Shown here piece by piece: positions 11,136 to 23,583 of a stretch of 64,000 bases of DNA. Below the pieces are notes generated by a model that saw nothing but the letters and a program-made list of their open reading frames with translations, was not told the origin of the DNA and searched no databases. This DNA comes from Octopus vulgaris (Eukaryota): positions 127,162,001 through 127,226,000 of the forward strand of contig OX597818.1 in assembly GCA_951406725.2 (NCBI GenBank). The letters are read 5' to 3'. The stretch's first letter is position 1, and each line of letters starts with the position of its first letter. The position numbers and the translations under genes were made by a program.

Positions 11136-11750
11136 TGTTGCGAACAGTAGTTTTGATATCGATATAAAGTACATAATTCATTAAATAAATAAATAAATAA
11201 ATAAGTAAATAAATTTTCAGCTGCCCATACTCAATGTATGTGTTTTGTTTGTTCGCCGGTTCACCGCGGTAAAGCACGCGAAGGACGTCCCATTCATTGC
11301 ACTTGGTGTTAAAACACCTAAAAGCAGCAGACGGATCCCATTCAGGATTGACGGATATTTCACCATTTTTATGGTTTATCAACAACACGTACCTGAATCG
11401 AAGCAGGGACGGTCTGAATCGCCAATCTATGACTATATATATAAATAGTGTAAAAACTGTTTATATGTACTTGGGTAGTATAAACTGTTTTCTTAAAGCA
11501 GAAAAAAATTTAACAAATTAACCCAGAGTTTTATGTAACTATTCATGAAACAGTTGCGATAATAACGAAACAATCTCAACATCATTGGAGCCTTTGCAGC
11601 AAAAATTTGCAATCGAGTAAATCGAGTGAACTTCAATACGTTACTTAACGAAAACACATAGATTCATAATCATTCATTGAATCATTTATTTATTTATTTA
11701 TTTAATGATTTATGTACTCTATATCGATATCAAAACTGTTGTTCACAACA
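11136..11750. repeat. about 70-bp inverted repeat pair enclosing a CpG-rich core
   Basis: 11136-11203 versus 11683-11750. Confidence 0.7.
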
Positions 11751-11899
11751 TATCTGATTTGTTAAGTCAATTTTAAGACAAGTTTTGATGCCACAAAACT
11801 CGTCTTTAAAATAAGTAGATTTTGGGGATTGATGGTCACCTATTGGGGCCAGTCAGTATCATGTGATTAGTCCGTTACCTTTGGCTCCTTTCTTTTCTT

Positions 11900-12690
11900 C
11901 TATATGCACTGACTGTGTAGCCACTGTCCCGGAAAATATAACATTAACAGGCATCCTGCGAAAACTACAGGGGCAATGTCACCGTCACGGTGTGGGACAC
12001 CAAACACCTAGGCACTGCTCTAAGGAACTATAGGACGGTGACAGGAGTAAAAATCAATTTAGAAAAATCAGTGAGTTCGTTTGGCACAGTTCACAGCACA
12101 CTGTACAAGAGCTCCTGCCCTTCTGCTTTATGCGAAGGGGACGGGGTGGGTGTTTCACAGTTCAGGTACCGCATTTATTGTCAACACTCATTGGAGGACT
12201 GTACATACTGTGGCCAATGATATGCATACCTGTGTTGAGACTGTGACGTCTCCAACGTTTCCTTCACATGAGCAGGTGAGGACGCTGCTTGTAAAATCCG
12301 CTTTTTCAGAGATCGTCTCTTCGACTGAACTGCAGTCCTGAATCAAATGTCTACAGATGCAGGGCACCTGGAATATAATGAGTCATAGAGTGATCACAGC
12401 CTACCATCAGTCGGGCTACCCTGTCGGTGGAAGTGTCACTTTTAACATTGTGTAGATGATAAGTGGCGGGCAAGAGCAATGACCTTCTTCGAGGAGATCC
12501 TGGCTGAGCACTTTCAGACTGGATCTGATGGATAACGTCCAGAAACCTCTGGCTTGGCTGACGTAACATAGAGGATTGCCGATTTGAGATAAATTCTTCA
12601 GGAATGAAAGTACCATCAGCCGGGCCTGATCGAGATGTCCCAGCATTGCTGAATTGTGAAGCTATCTGCTATCCGATATAGGCCGGATTA
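11900..12690 (+). mobile_element. decayed L1/Tx1-like LINE fragment
   Basis: YRTVTGVKINLEKS (RT C-terminal motif) and a downstream Cys-knuckle-like remnant; many stops. Confidence 0.55.
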
Positions 12691-14610
12691 GACTATAATT
12701 GTGTGTTTGTGTGTGTGTGTGTCTTGGGTGGTGGATGTGTATCTGGTGTGTGTGTGTGTGTACGTGATTAAAGACTCCGTATTGGCCACAGAGCTCAGTG
12801 AAGAACTTAGGTATTTAAGGTGTCTGATGACTTCTAGCCAATGCAAATGACATGTAGGAGATATCTTTAATGAAATGCCCCAATAAATTGACTTGATAAA
12901 TATCGATATTCCGTGTCTCGCCGGCAGTGAATGAAATAGGTGTAACAATATCTTCTTGTTTGTTACCATTTCTTCTGCTTATGTTTCGAAGGGAGAGTCG
13001 TTAGAATTAATCCTTGACCTCATGCTTTCGTGAAATAACGCTATGCAACATTTGTGGGGTATCAGTCATTCAGACGAAATGGATTATCAAATGTAAATGA
13101 TACATATAATTCGTCTAAATCAACACAGGCCAAAAATCTTGATGTAAACAAAATCAACAGGTCGAGACTCATGCCGTGGTAACTGCTTTAATTTCAACAG
13201 TAATGTAGAGCCACTCAGTGGTGTTTCTGAACCTAGCGCCAGGCTACGAGAGATGCGTTCTCACATGGTAAATGACAATTCATCCAGAATTCAAATCTTG
13301 GTTGTTGATGAATACTGAAATATATTTAATATTCTACAAGTGGTTGTGCAAGTCATTGTTCCAAAAAAACAAGCTATTAAGAACAAATATTAGAAGGATT
13401 TTCCAAGCTAAAAATAGGTAAGGCAAATGAGGTAGCAGCGAATAGGCGAAAAGACATCTAATCAAATGTCCTAATAACAGCTTACAAGACCCTAACACTC
13501 CTGCAGCATATTTCAGCAAAAGCATTGCAAAATTCTTCGCAAAGCGCTTATGCTAGATAATTATAATCCATGCAAACATCCTGAGTAAGAGTAGGCTCCT
13601 AGAAAAGTAAAATTATATTTATACGAAGAATAATTTCAGATTCAACAAAGCCAATGCAATCATAAGACATCAGAAATATATTTGAACAGCAATTTGGAGC
13701 CACCAAGTTCAAAACTTTTATCTCTTAAATCAACTGAAACTATTATTCTATGTATTGTAACGCCAAATGTTGAATGGGTTGCTTACAAGAGATCCTAGAT
13801 ATGTCAGATGTAGCTTCAAATTCTGTAAAGAGATATTTCATACATACGTATATAAGTATAGGTACACAAATACATGTGCACATACGTATATATACGTAGG
13901 ATGTTTGTATTTAATTCTTTGACTTAAAGTTGGTTAATAAGCGACAGACGAGATAAAATATACATAGATTGCATAAGTTATTTCCAAGAAAAGAATGGGA
14001 ACAAGCGTTAAAATGGAAATCATATTCAGGTTTAAGTGCTTTTAAATGATACATGCGCATATGAAGTTACTTCATATTTAAGAGAGAAAACAGTATTATC
14101 AAAACAGAAACCAGTAGAAAATCAAATAATCTTTTCTAAAATAGGAACAAAACTGAAGCACTGCATTATATAATCGACCGCACATAAATAGAAGCAAAGT
14201 TGACCTCAACGGGATTTGAACTCATAACGTAAGAGGACTAAGTAAAAACCATAAGACAGTTTTTGTCAATTGCTATCGATTCTGCTAATCCAAGCAACGT
14301 GGTATTGCAATATCAGATGGGGAGTTGGTAAATAAATTGTCTTGCAGTACTTAATTACATGTCTATACATTCTGAGTTCAAATCCTGCTTAGATCGATAT
14401 TATTTATTTCATATCGGTTTCCATAAAACCATACATGGATCAAGTATTAATCCACTCTAACACCCCCACTTCCATAGATTATGTGGCAAAATATACAAAG
14501 CTAGGGATCAATATTACATACGAATCCATATATATATATAAATGCATACAGATATGTACATATGTTTACATATATGTATGTGTGGGGGGTACATGTATGT
14601 ATATATGTAC

Positions 14611-14665
<55 letters not shown>

Positions 14666-14669
14666 TTTT

Positions 14670-15026
14670 TAGTCTTTTAGTCTTTTACTTGTTTCAGTCA
14701 TTTGACTGCGGCCATGCTGGAGCACCACCTTTTAGTACTTATTCTATCGGTCTCTTTTTGCCGAACCGCTAAGTGACGGGGACCTAAACACACCAGCATC
14801 GGTTGTCAAGCAATGCTAGGGGGACAAACACAGACACACAAACACACGCATACATATATATATACATATATACGACAGGCTTCTTTCAGTTTCCGTCTAC
14901 CAAATCCACTCACAAGGCATTGGTCGGCCCGGGGCTATAGCAGAAGACACTTGCCCAAGATGCCACGCAGTGGGACTGAACCCGCAACCGTGTGGTTGGT
15001 TAGCAAGCTACTTACCACACAGCCAC
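14670..15026 (-). mobile_element. SINE S2
   Basis: Reverse-complement S2. Confidence 0.85.
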
Positions 15027-15402
15027 ATATATATATATATATATATACATATATATGTATATAATTCGTATCTACGTATAATATATTTACATATATGTAA
15101 TATATGTGTAACAATTATACACACGTACATATATACATAGATACGTACTTATGTATGTATGTATGTATGTATGTATGTATGTATGTATGTACGTACGTAT
15201 GTATGTACATATATACGCAGACACGTATTATATACATGTATGTATTTATTTTATATACCATTATATATATGTATGCATAAATACACACACACACAAACAC
15301 GCATATATATATATATATATTATGATATTATATAAAGAGAAAGTATGATATCCAGTATGTTATTTATATGTGCAAACATACATACATACATACATACATA
15401 CA

Positions 15403-15434
<32 letters not shown>

Positions 15435-16103
15435 AATGCGTGTGTATTTGGTGTCCGTGTGTATACATTGTAATCTGTAGCTATAAGCGTCATTATCAGC
15501 CTATCTGTCTTGAAGCACCATGCAAATCACACACTAGATCATTACCAAATTTCATATCACAGTTAGATTTTCATGCAACACAGTATGAGACAAAAAAGAG
15601 AAACTGAAAATTGTAAGAGTAATAGTGAAGTATGCTTGTCATGGAAACAACAATTTCTCATGATAAAATTAGTTTTTTTTTCTTTTTGCTCCTTCACTGT
15701 TTCTTCAAGTTCTTTCTTTCTTACTCAGACACACACACTCACACAACACACACACTCTCACGGTATACACACACGGCATACACATTCACACTTCCCCACG
15801 CATTCCTTTCATCATATATGAAGAAAATATAAAATACTCACGTCGTGCACAACCGAAGTGTATATATACATACATGCGTGTGTTTGTGTGTGTGCGTGTG
15901 TGTATTAAGCATACGTAAACTTGCAAAAGGTGATGAAGTGCAGATAGCATTGAATTGTTACCCAGAAATTCAGATTCTTGAAAGTATGTGTTCTTAACTT
16001 GCGTCATATAAGAAATTTAGTTCTCTACTTCCAACAATATCAACATCTACTTCTTTTGTTGTTGCACATGTGAGTTATGGATGCATATATATATATATAT
16101 TAT

Positions 16104-16452
16104 ATCAAATGTCAGGATAAAATTCTTTTCGAAAAAAATTTTATCAATGGTCAGCATATTACAAAATACCTTTAACGGTTAAATTTATAAGCAATTCATA
16201 AATGAGGGCAAAGGAAAAAAAAAGTATCTCATTTATTTCTTTTGCCACATGTATCACTGACGAAGAGAGGGCTCTTAGTAGCTAACTCTGAAATCGGTCC
16301 GATATGGTAATAATGGAATTTTTAGAAAATTTTCTGTCGACCTTTTTTCGAGTAGCGTGCGTATTGTGAAAAAATTATATGGTTAATGGACAATATGTCC
16401 AATTTTTCGGCATATCTGGCATTAGAATTTTTTTCCTTTGCCCTCATTTATG

Positions 16453-16457
<5 letters not shown>
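16104..16457 (+). mobile_element. (TA)n-embedded Penelope-like pseudo-LTR with inverted 3'-end copy
   Basis: 16192-16220 is the reverse complement of 16428-16457; hammerhead at 16252-16304; (TA)n flanks. Confidence 0.7.
16252..16304 (+). ncRNA. minimal type I hammerhead ribozyme (slightly decayed)
   Basis: TATCA-CTGACGA-AGAG...CTCT-GAAA-TCGG-TC-CGATA. Confidence 0.6.
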
Positions 16458-16513
<56 letters not shown>

Positions 16514-16530
16514 TGTGTATATATAAGTAT

Positions 16531-17510
16531 ACAGAGCAACCTGGGTTCTCGACCATAATTTGTTCTGAAAGTCTGTTCTAAAACCGAATTGTTCGAAAAC
16601 CGAATCATTTTTTCCCCATTACAATTAATGTAAAAGAGATTAATTCGTTTGCAAGCACTAGATGAATGCTTATTTACATGCTTACACTATATATTTTAGT
16701 ATAAAAACGTTTATTCAAACTGTGACACACAAAAGTGTGTTATGTTTTTAGAAAGGGAGTCTATAAAAACTTCTGGTAACTGTCTTCCGGGGGTTTCTTC
16801 CCTTCTCTATCTCTTTGGCTCAGGTAAATCTTTCTCTGGGGTTCCTCTTCTTTTTTTTATTTCAGTAAAAACCTGTCCAATGTTAGTTGTTTTTGTCTTC
16901 GTTGTAAAATTTTTCTTAAAGGAAAATGATATTGTCATTGAAAAGGTTCACTGCTCTATAAACGTGATATTTTTCCACAAAATTTTTCACATCACCCCAT
17001 TTAGTACAAATTTCTTTGATTAATGTACTTGGGACATCCTCCTTTCCTTCTCCTCCTCAGAAGACACTTCCTCAGCCAAAAGTCTTTTGCTGTTCATTTT
17101 GAAGGTATACGAGCTCTTCGGTGGTAAGCTCAGTACGAAGGTCCTCCCCCACCTCTTCAATATTTTCATTGTCAACATCAAAGCCCACAGTTTTTCCCAT
17201 AGAGACAATATCATCAACAATAGCAATTTCCTCGACATCAGCAGTACTTGCAGCTGTCTCAAACCCCTGAAAGTTGCGCTCTGGTACACAGTCTGGCCTA
17301 AGCTTTCTTCATGCTGATTTCATGGTCCTGGAACTCACTTGGTTCCATGCATTATCAATACGATTAACACAATTCAGGATATTGAAATGATGTTTTCAAA
17401 ATTCTCTGTGAATTAACCGAGTGTCACTGTGACTTGAAAACACTTTCGAAACAGCCTTTGTGTAAAGTTTCTTAAAGTTTGCAATTAACCTGTAGGTCAA
17501 TTGGTTGGTT
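16531..17510 (-). mobile_element. pogo/Tigger-like DNA transposon, 3' part
   Basis: TA followed by a CAGAGCAACCTGGGTTCTCGA TIR-like end; minus-strand remnants LIANFKKLYTK, IDNAWNQVS, ELTTEEL. Confidence 0.75.
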
Positions 17511-17530
17511 GTGTGTGTGTATGTGTGTGT

Positions 17531-17582
<52 letters not shown>

Positions 17583-17607
17583 GTGTGTGTGTAAATATAA
17601 TACAAAG

Positions 17608-17960
17608 TAGGCGCAGGAGTGGCTGTGTGGCAAGAAGCTTGCTCTCAGCCACATGGTTCCGGGTTCAGTTCTTTGGGGAAATGTCTACTATAGCCTCAGG
17701 CCGACCAAAACCTTGTGAGTGGATTTGGTAGACGGAAACTGTATGTATTATTTGTGTGTCTGTGTTTGTCCCCCACCATCGCTCGAAAACCGATGTTGGT
17801 GTGTTTACGTCGCCATAACTTAGTAGTTCAACAAAGGTGTCCGATAGATAGAATAAGTACTAGGCTTACAATGAATAAATCCTGGGGTTGATTTGTTCGA
17901 CTAACGGCGGTGCTCCAGCATAGCCACAGTCAAATGACTGAAACTAGTAAAAGAATAAAA
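17608..17960 (+). mobile_element. SINE S2
   Basis: S2 head and tail. Confidence 0.8.
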
Positions 17961-17974
17961 TAATAAATATATAT

Positions 17975-18821
17975 ATATAAAATAAAAGAAGGAAAATGCA
18001 CTCAGTTTACATAGTTTTAATGTATTTTAATATATTTTATAAGTGAAAGAGTATTGCATCTGTCGACCGGTTTCACTTTCGCTAATCATGACATTGAAAT
18101 TATTGTAATTTCGTATTCTCGTAGCCCTTGTTGTGTATAGGAGTTTGTGAATTAAATGAAACCAATGGTTTAGAAATGTGGACCCCCAAACTGAAGAACA
18201 TGCCCCAACCTGTTGGAAGACTCGGAATTCCTATTAAAACAAGGAGAGATGTTCACAATTATAACCAACTTCACTTGTACATCCGGGAGTCTAATTTTAT
18301 CATAGGACAGACAAGTATACCACCTAGAGGGAGACCCACACTACATAAGGAACAGATCTGTCTCCCAGTGTACAGACAGATTCCTTTGAGTGAACATAGA
18401 GAGATGTATATGTAATATCCAACCACACCTCACTGTTTCCCCCTTCTACCAGTGCAAAGAAACGATTTCTGTACAAGAACGTTTCAGATACCGAAAAATA
18501 CAGAACACGCCTAAATATGAACGCATAATCAACTTTGGTTTTCACATACCCATCACTATAAATACTTCATCTTACTACTTTAGCTTTTGAGTTTTTTATA
18601 TTTATTTATGCCCTTCCCAAAACATGAGCAATTACCTCTCCTGTCCCGAATGATAACGATCACCAATTACCTCCCCTAAAATCTTCTTAAGGGAATACGA
18701 ATTATAATATCTTTCAATGTCATAATTAGCGAAAGAGAAACCAATCGACAAACAATACTCTTTCACTTATAAAAAATATATTGAACCTCTGTAAACTGTG
18801 TGCATTTTCCTTCTTTTATTT

Positions 18822-18830
<9 letters not shown>
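17975..18830 (+). mobile_element. 5'-truncated Penelope-like element (Neptune-like) with inverted pseudo-LTRs
   Basis: About 145-bp inverted arms (17975-18120 / 18690-18830), each with a decayed hammerhead; internal KCGPPN*RTCPNL Cys motif, NFTCTS, IGQTS..R.TLHKEQI...YRQIPLSEH, PFYQCKE (GIY-YIG endonuclease); (TA)n flanks. Confidence 0.85.
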
Positions 18831-18853
<23 letters not shown>

Positions 18854-19519
18854 TTTGTATTACAACTCACCACGTGGAAATGATCGAAACTCTACTCCTC
18901 CCTTTTTCTTACTATATGTGTGTGTGTGTGTGTGTGTAATGATATATAATGATATATAGTGATATCCAAGGATCCAGGTGTAGGAAGTTAGTAAGCATCA
19001 AGCTGTCTGTAGAAGATATAAAAACAACTTTCAGGAACAATAATATATATCAAAACAAGAAATTGGAAAAAAATGCCTTGCATCATTTAATCAACACTGT
19101 ACGTGTTTCATTTGCTAATAAGAGTTACAAAATTGTACATATACGTTAAGCATTTAAAATATATCCTATTTGAAATTCTTGAGATAGAACATCAAATTAT
19201 ATTATCATATGTTTCTCTGTCTAAAGAATTTTTGATAGTAGATATCTTATATATTTCCACTACAAGTACAATTTTGCAACTCCTACTAGCAAATGAAACA
19301 CGTTTAATGGTGAATGAATGATACGAAATTTTTTGGGGAATCATCTGTTTTTATATGTAGTTATTCTGCAAAGAATAATTTCCAGTATTTTTCATATCTT
19401 GTGCATATATCACACAAATATAACAAAAATACACAACTTTGGAATATCGGGATAAGCAGATGTGATTCACGGACTCACAGCTTGGATTATAATCCTGTCT
19501 GCATTATATATAAATATAT

Positions 19520-19888
19520 GTGGAGGCGCAATGGCCCAGTGGTTAGGGCAGCGGACTCGCGGTCATAGGATCGCGGTTTCGATTCCCAGACCGGGCGTTG
19601 TGAGTGTTTATTGAGCGAAAACACCTAAAGCTCCATGAGGCTCCGGCAGGGGGTGGTGGTGATCCATGCTGTACTCTTTCACCACATCTTTCTCTCACTC
19701 TTACTTCCTGTTTCTGATGTACCTGTATTTGTCACTCTCTGTGTCACGCTGAATATCCCCGAGAACTACGTTAAGGGTATACGTGTCTATGGAGTGCTCA
19801 GCCACTTACACGTTAATTTCACGAGCAGGCTGTTCCGTTGATCGGATCAATCGGAACCCTCGTTGTCGTAACCGACGGAGTGCTTCCA
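19520..19888 (+). mobile_element. SINE S1
   Basis: S1 head and tail. Confidence 0.85.
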
Positions 19889-20255
19889 CATATAAATATA
19901 TATATAGGTGTGCGTGGCTGAGATTTGTGTGAAGTTATTATGATTTTAAGAAACAATGTATATGTATGCATGTAATAGATTTGAGTGTGTGCGTATGCAT
20001 ATTTCGTTCTTGCATTATTGTTTATGTTGCTGTGCTCCTGCGTGTTTTGCAGTACACTTCTGTATTTAGTTGTGTACGATATCGTTTGATTAGGAATGTA
20101 TCTATTGTGTGTGTGTGTGTGTGTGTGTGTGTATACGTGTGTGCCGCTTAAATGTATGTATGCGTGTGTCCCACTTAAAATGTATGTGTGTGTTGTTGGC
20201 TTTCAATCTGTGATTGTTGTGACTAGTGGGTATGTGAGTTTGTACGTGAGTGAGC

Positions 20256-20330
<75 letters not shown>

Positions 20331-20552
20331 GCGTTGCTTAGTTTCGTGTTTCTGTACGAGCATGCTCGCTGTGTTTTATGAATTTTAGGGGTGTAGTGTG
20401 AAAGTCTTACAATGTTTTCATACGGTGCATATGCATGTGTTTTTGTGTGTATGTAAGTAATGTGTGTGTGAGTGTGTTTATGCGTGTGTATTTTTCTTCT
20501 TTTGAGATTTTGTGTGTGTGTTGCTCTGTTGATGTGTATGAGACTCGAACCT

Positions 20553-20605
<53 letters not shown>

Positions 20606-20607
<2 letters not shown>

Positions 20608-20828
20608 CGGAATCAGATCGCCATATTGATTCGCTAGCTTCTGCACGCACTTTTTTTCTCTCCTTGTTTCTCTCCATGTTTCCCTTCTGTGTATCTTTCT
20701 GTTGAAGAGCGTAGGCTCGAAACGTAAAAGACTTGTTTTATTTATATTCCTGAGCGCCATACTAATAAAATTGTTTGTTTGTATTCTACCTGCCTTCGTC
20801 TTTTGTTTATTTTCATAAAGCTTCCCGT
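20606..20828 (+). mobile_element. (TA)n-embedded Penelope-like non-autonomous element with minimal hammerhead variant
   Basis: TCTTT-CTGTTGA-A-GAGC-GTAG-GCTC-GAAA-CG-TA-AAAGA at 20694-20731, then AATAAA; (TA)n flanks. Confidence 0.75.
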
Positions 20829-22084
20829 TATATATATATATAAATGTGTGAGTAGTGTGTATGATAGTATAATTATACGATTGCATGCATATGTGTAGGT
20901 GTGTCTGAATGTGATTTAAGAGTGTGCGATTGGCTCTTGCAGCTGTATGTGTATGTTGTGACGGTCTGTGTTCACGGAGGCGTTGGAGACGTTATGTGGA
21001 GAGTGTAATACGTCTATGTACGTGTGTGCTTATGTCAGATCGTTGAACAAATCCGGGGGAAGTCGATATATGTGATCAATGCTGAGAATTCGTATGAGCT
21101 GCTAATATTAAATGTATTAACTCAAATGAATTGAATATTATTCAATAGGCAATGCTATAGTTAGTAAAAGCGAAACAAATAGCTTAAATAAATTACTATA
21201 TAAGAAATGAAGTAATATAATCTGAATAAATCCAAACTAACCAAATGTAAAACATACACACCCTCGTATGTATACATACATACATACATACATAGATGCA
21301 CACACCCATATACATATATATATATATAATTTAATGCACACAGTATAAAGATATTACAATAAGAGCTACTAATAGTTTCTTGCTGTGGAGACATGCGGCT
21401 AGGTAGTTGTTTATGACGTGGTTTGTGTCCCGAAGCAATCTTTAGGTTCTGCGCACATGGCTTGTTCTGTTTGAAAATTAGAACTTTGGTACATGAGAGA
21501 GGTTGATACAATAAGTGGAAAAGAGAATACAAACTGAAAAAGAAAAGAAAAAACAAAAAAGAAAAATTAGAATAGAATTCTCTTTGACCACAGAGCGTAC
21601 AATTAAACTAGCTTTAGAATAATTCAACGGAGAGGAGCCCGCTCAATCCGGAGAGGATGACGTTATAAAAATCTGCCTCACCTCGTGTCTTCATAGCAAG
21701 AAATTATTTACGTCTCACCTAGATGGATTACTTTTTGTTGATCTTACATTAACGGAACAGTAACGATATATATTTATTTAAATAACTATTTATATATGTA
21801 AGTATGTGTGTGTGTGCGTATGTGTGTGTGTGTGCGTGCATGTGTGTGCTTGTATGTATATGTAATTATATAATTGAGCTGATACGGGGCTAAGGTAGAT
21901 ATATGTGATCAATGTTGGGAGTTCATATGTGATTACAAAAGAATTCAAATGCTATATCTATTACTTTTGATAAATTGAATATATTTCACATATAACAATG
22001 TATTTTTTCGTATTTTTGCATTAAAAAATATAACTAACGAATTAAGAAATTTAAAAAAGTGTAATGCAATGTAAATTAATGTAA

Positions 22085-22268
22085 AGCAACTCACCTCCCC
22101 ACCTCCCTCCCTCTCTCTTGTTCTCTCTTTCTCTGTGTCTCTTTCTGTAGAAGAGCGTAGGCTCGAAATGTAAAAGACTTTTTCTATTCCTGAGCGTTAT
22201 ACTAATACATCTGTTTGCTTTGTACACCACCTGTCTTCGTCTTTTGTTTTTTTCGTAAACACTCCCTA
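22085..22268 (+). mobile_element. same hammerhead-bearing family as 20606-20828
   Basis: TCTTT-CTGTAGA-AGAGCGTAGGCTC-GAAA-TG-TA-AAAGA at 22140-22177; ends at (TA)n. Confidence 0.7.
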
Positions 22269-22279
22269 TATATATATAT

Positions 22280-22512
22280 TGTTTTTAACCGTTACTGTCT
22301 TCAAAAAAGTTCTTTTCGTTTCATGTTCGTCTCTGTTGCGTTTCATTCTTTCCTTCTGTGGCTGGCCGATTCAGAGCGGATCTCAGAATTAAACAGCCGA
22401 AATCTGCGATGAGGAATCGGTTTCTGACTGAAGAACGAAGGCTTTGAATGACCCGTTTGTCTTTTATGTTCGTCCCTTCGTGTATTTCATGTTATTTATA
22501 CATGTAGAGGTT

Positions 22513-22516
<4 letters not shown>
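22280..22516 (+). mobile_element. (TA)n-embedded element, family J1 copy C
   Basis: Divergent J1 subfamily; (TA)n on both sides. Confidence 0.7.
22352..22444 (+). ncRNA. candidate non-circularly permuted hammerhead ribozyme (J1-C)
   Basis: GCGGA-TC-TCAGAA ... CAGCC-GAAA-TCTGC ... TTCTGA-CTGAAGA. Confidence 0.55.
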
Positions 22517-22568
<52 letters not shown>

Positions 22569-23003
22569 CAACAATTGAGGGTAAAATTAATTAATTAATC
22601 AATTTCACCAAGTATTCAGTATGCAAAGGGACCATTTAAGGCGAATTCAAATTATTACATTATATAAAAGGGCTTAGTAAAATAAATTACTTTGCCGCAT
22701 ACTGAACTCATTAGAAATAGCAGCTAAAAAAACTTTTTTAAAACTATTTCCAATACTTAAAGAAAATCTCTCTCATATAGTGTTTGCTCAACTCAACTCA
22801 CGAAAGTATGAGGGTAGAAACATTAAAAAATCAAATGCAAAGGTTATTTGAGAACGTACGTTCTCAAATAATCTCAGAATTAAACAGCCGAAATCTGCGA
22901 TGAGGAATCGGTTTCTGACTGAAGAACGAAGGCTTTGAATGACCCGTTTGTCTTTTATGTTCGTCCCTTCGTGTATTTCATGTTATTTATACATGTAGAG
23001 GTT

Positions 23004-23047
<44 letters not shown>

Positions 23048-23350
23048 CAACAATTGAGGGTAAAATTAATTAATTAATCAATTTCACCAAGTATTCAGTA
23101 TGCAAAGGGACCATTTAAGGCGAATTCAAATTATTACATTATATAAAAGGGCTTAGTAAAATAAATTACTTTGCCGCATACTGAACTCATTAGAAATAGC
23201 AGCTAAAAAAACTTTTTTAAAACTATTTCCAATACTTAAAGAAAATCTCTCTCATATAGTGTTTGCTCAACTCAACTCACGAAAGTATGAGGGTAGAAAC
23301 ATTAAAAAATCAAATGCAAAGGTTATTTGAGAACGTACGTTCTCAAATAA
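22380..23350. repeat. near-identical tandem duplication, about 480-490 bp unit
   Basis: 22380-22871 repeated at 22871-23350; the only difference seen is (TA)n length. Confidence 0.9.
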
Positions 23351-23523
23351 CCTTTGCATTTGATTTTTTAATGTTTCTACCCTCATACTTTCGTGAGTTG
23401 AGTTGAGCAAACACTATATGAGAGAGATTTTCTTTAAGTATTGGAAATAGTTTTAAAAAAGTTTTTTTAGCTGCTATTTCTAATGAGTTCAGTATGCGGC
23501 AAAGTAATTTATTTTACTAAGCC

Positions 23524-23533
<10 letters not shown>
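23140..23533. repeat. perfect spacer-less palindrome, 394 bp
   Basis: Centre GAGAACGT|ACGTTCTC at 23336/23337; arms match without indels. Confidence 0.9.
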
Positions 23534-23579
<46 letters not shown>

Positions 23580-23583
<4 letters not shown>

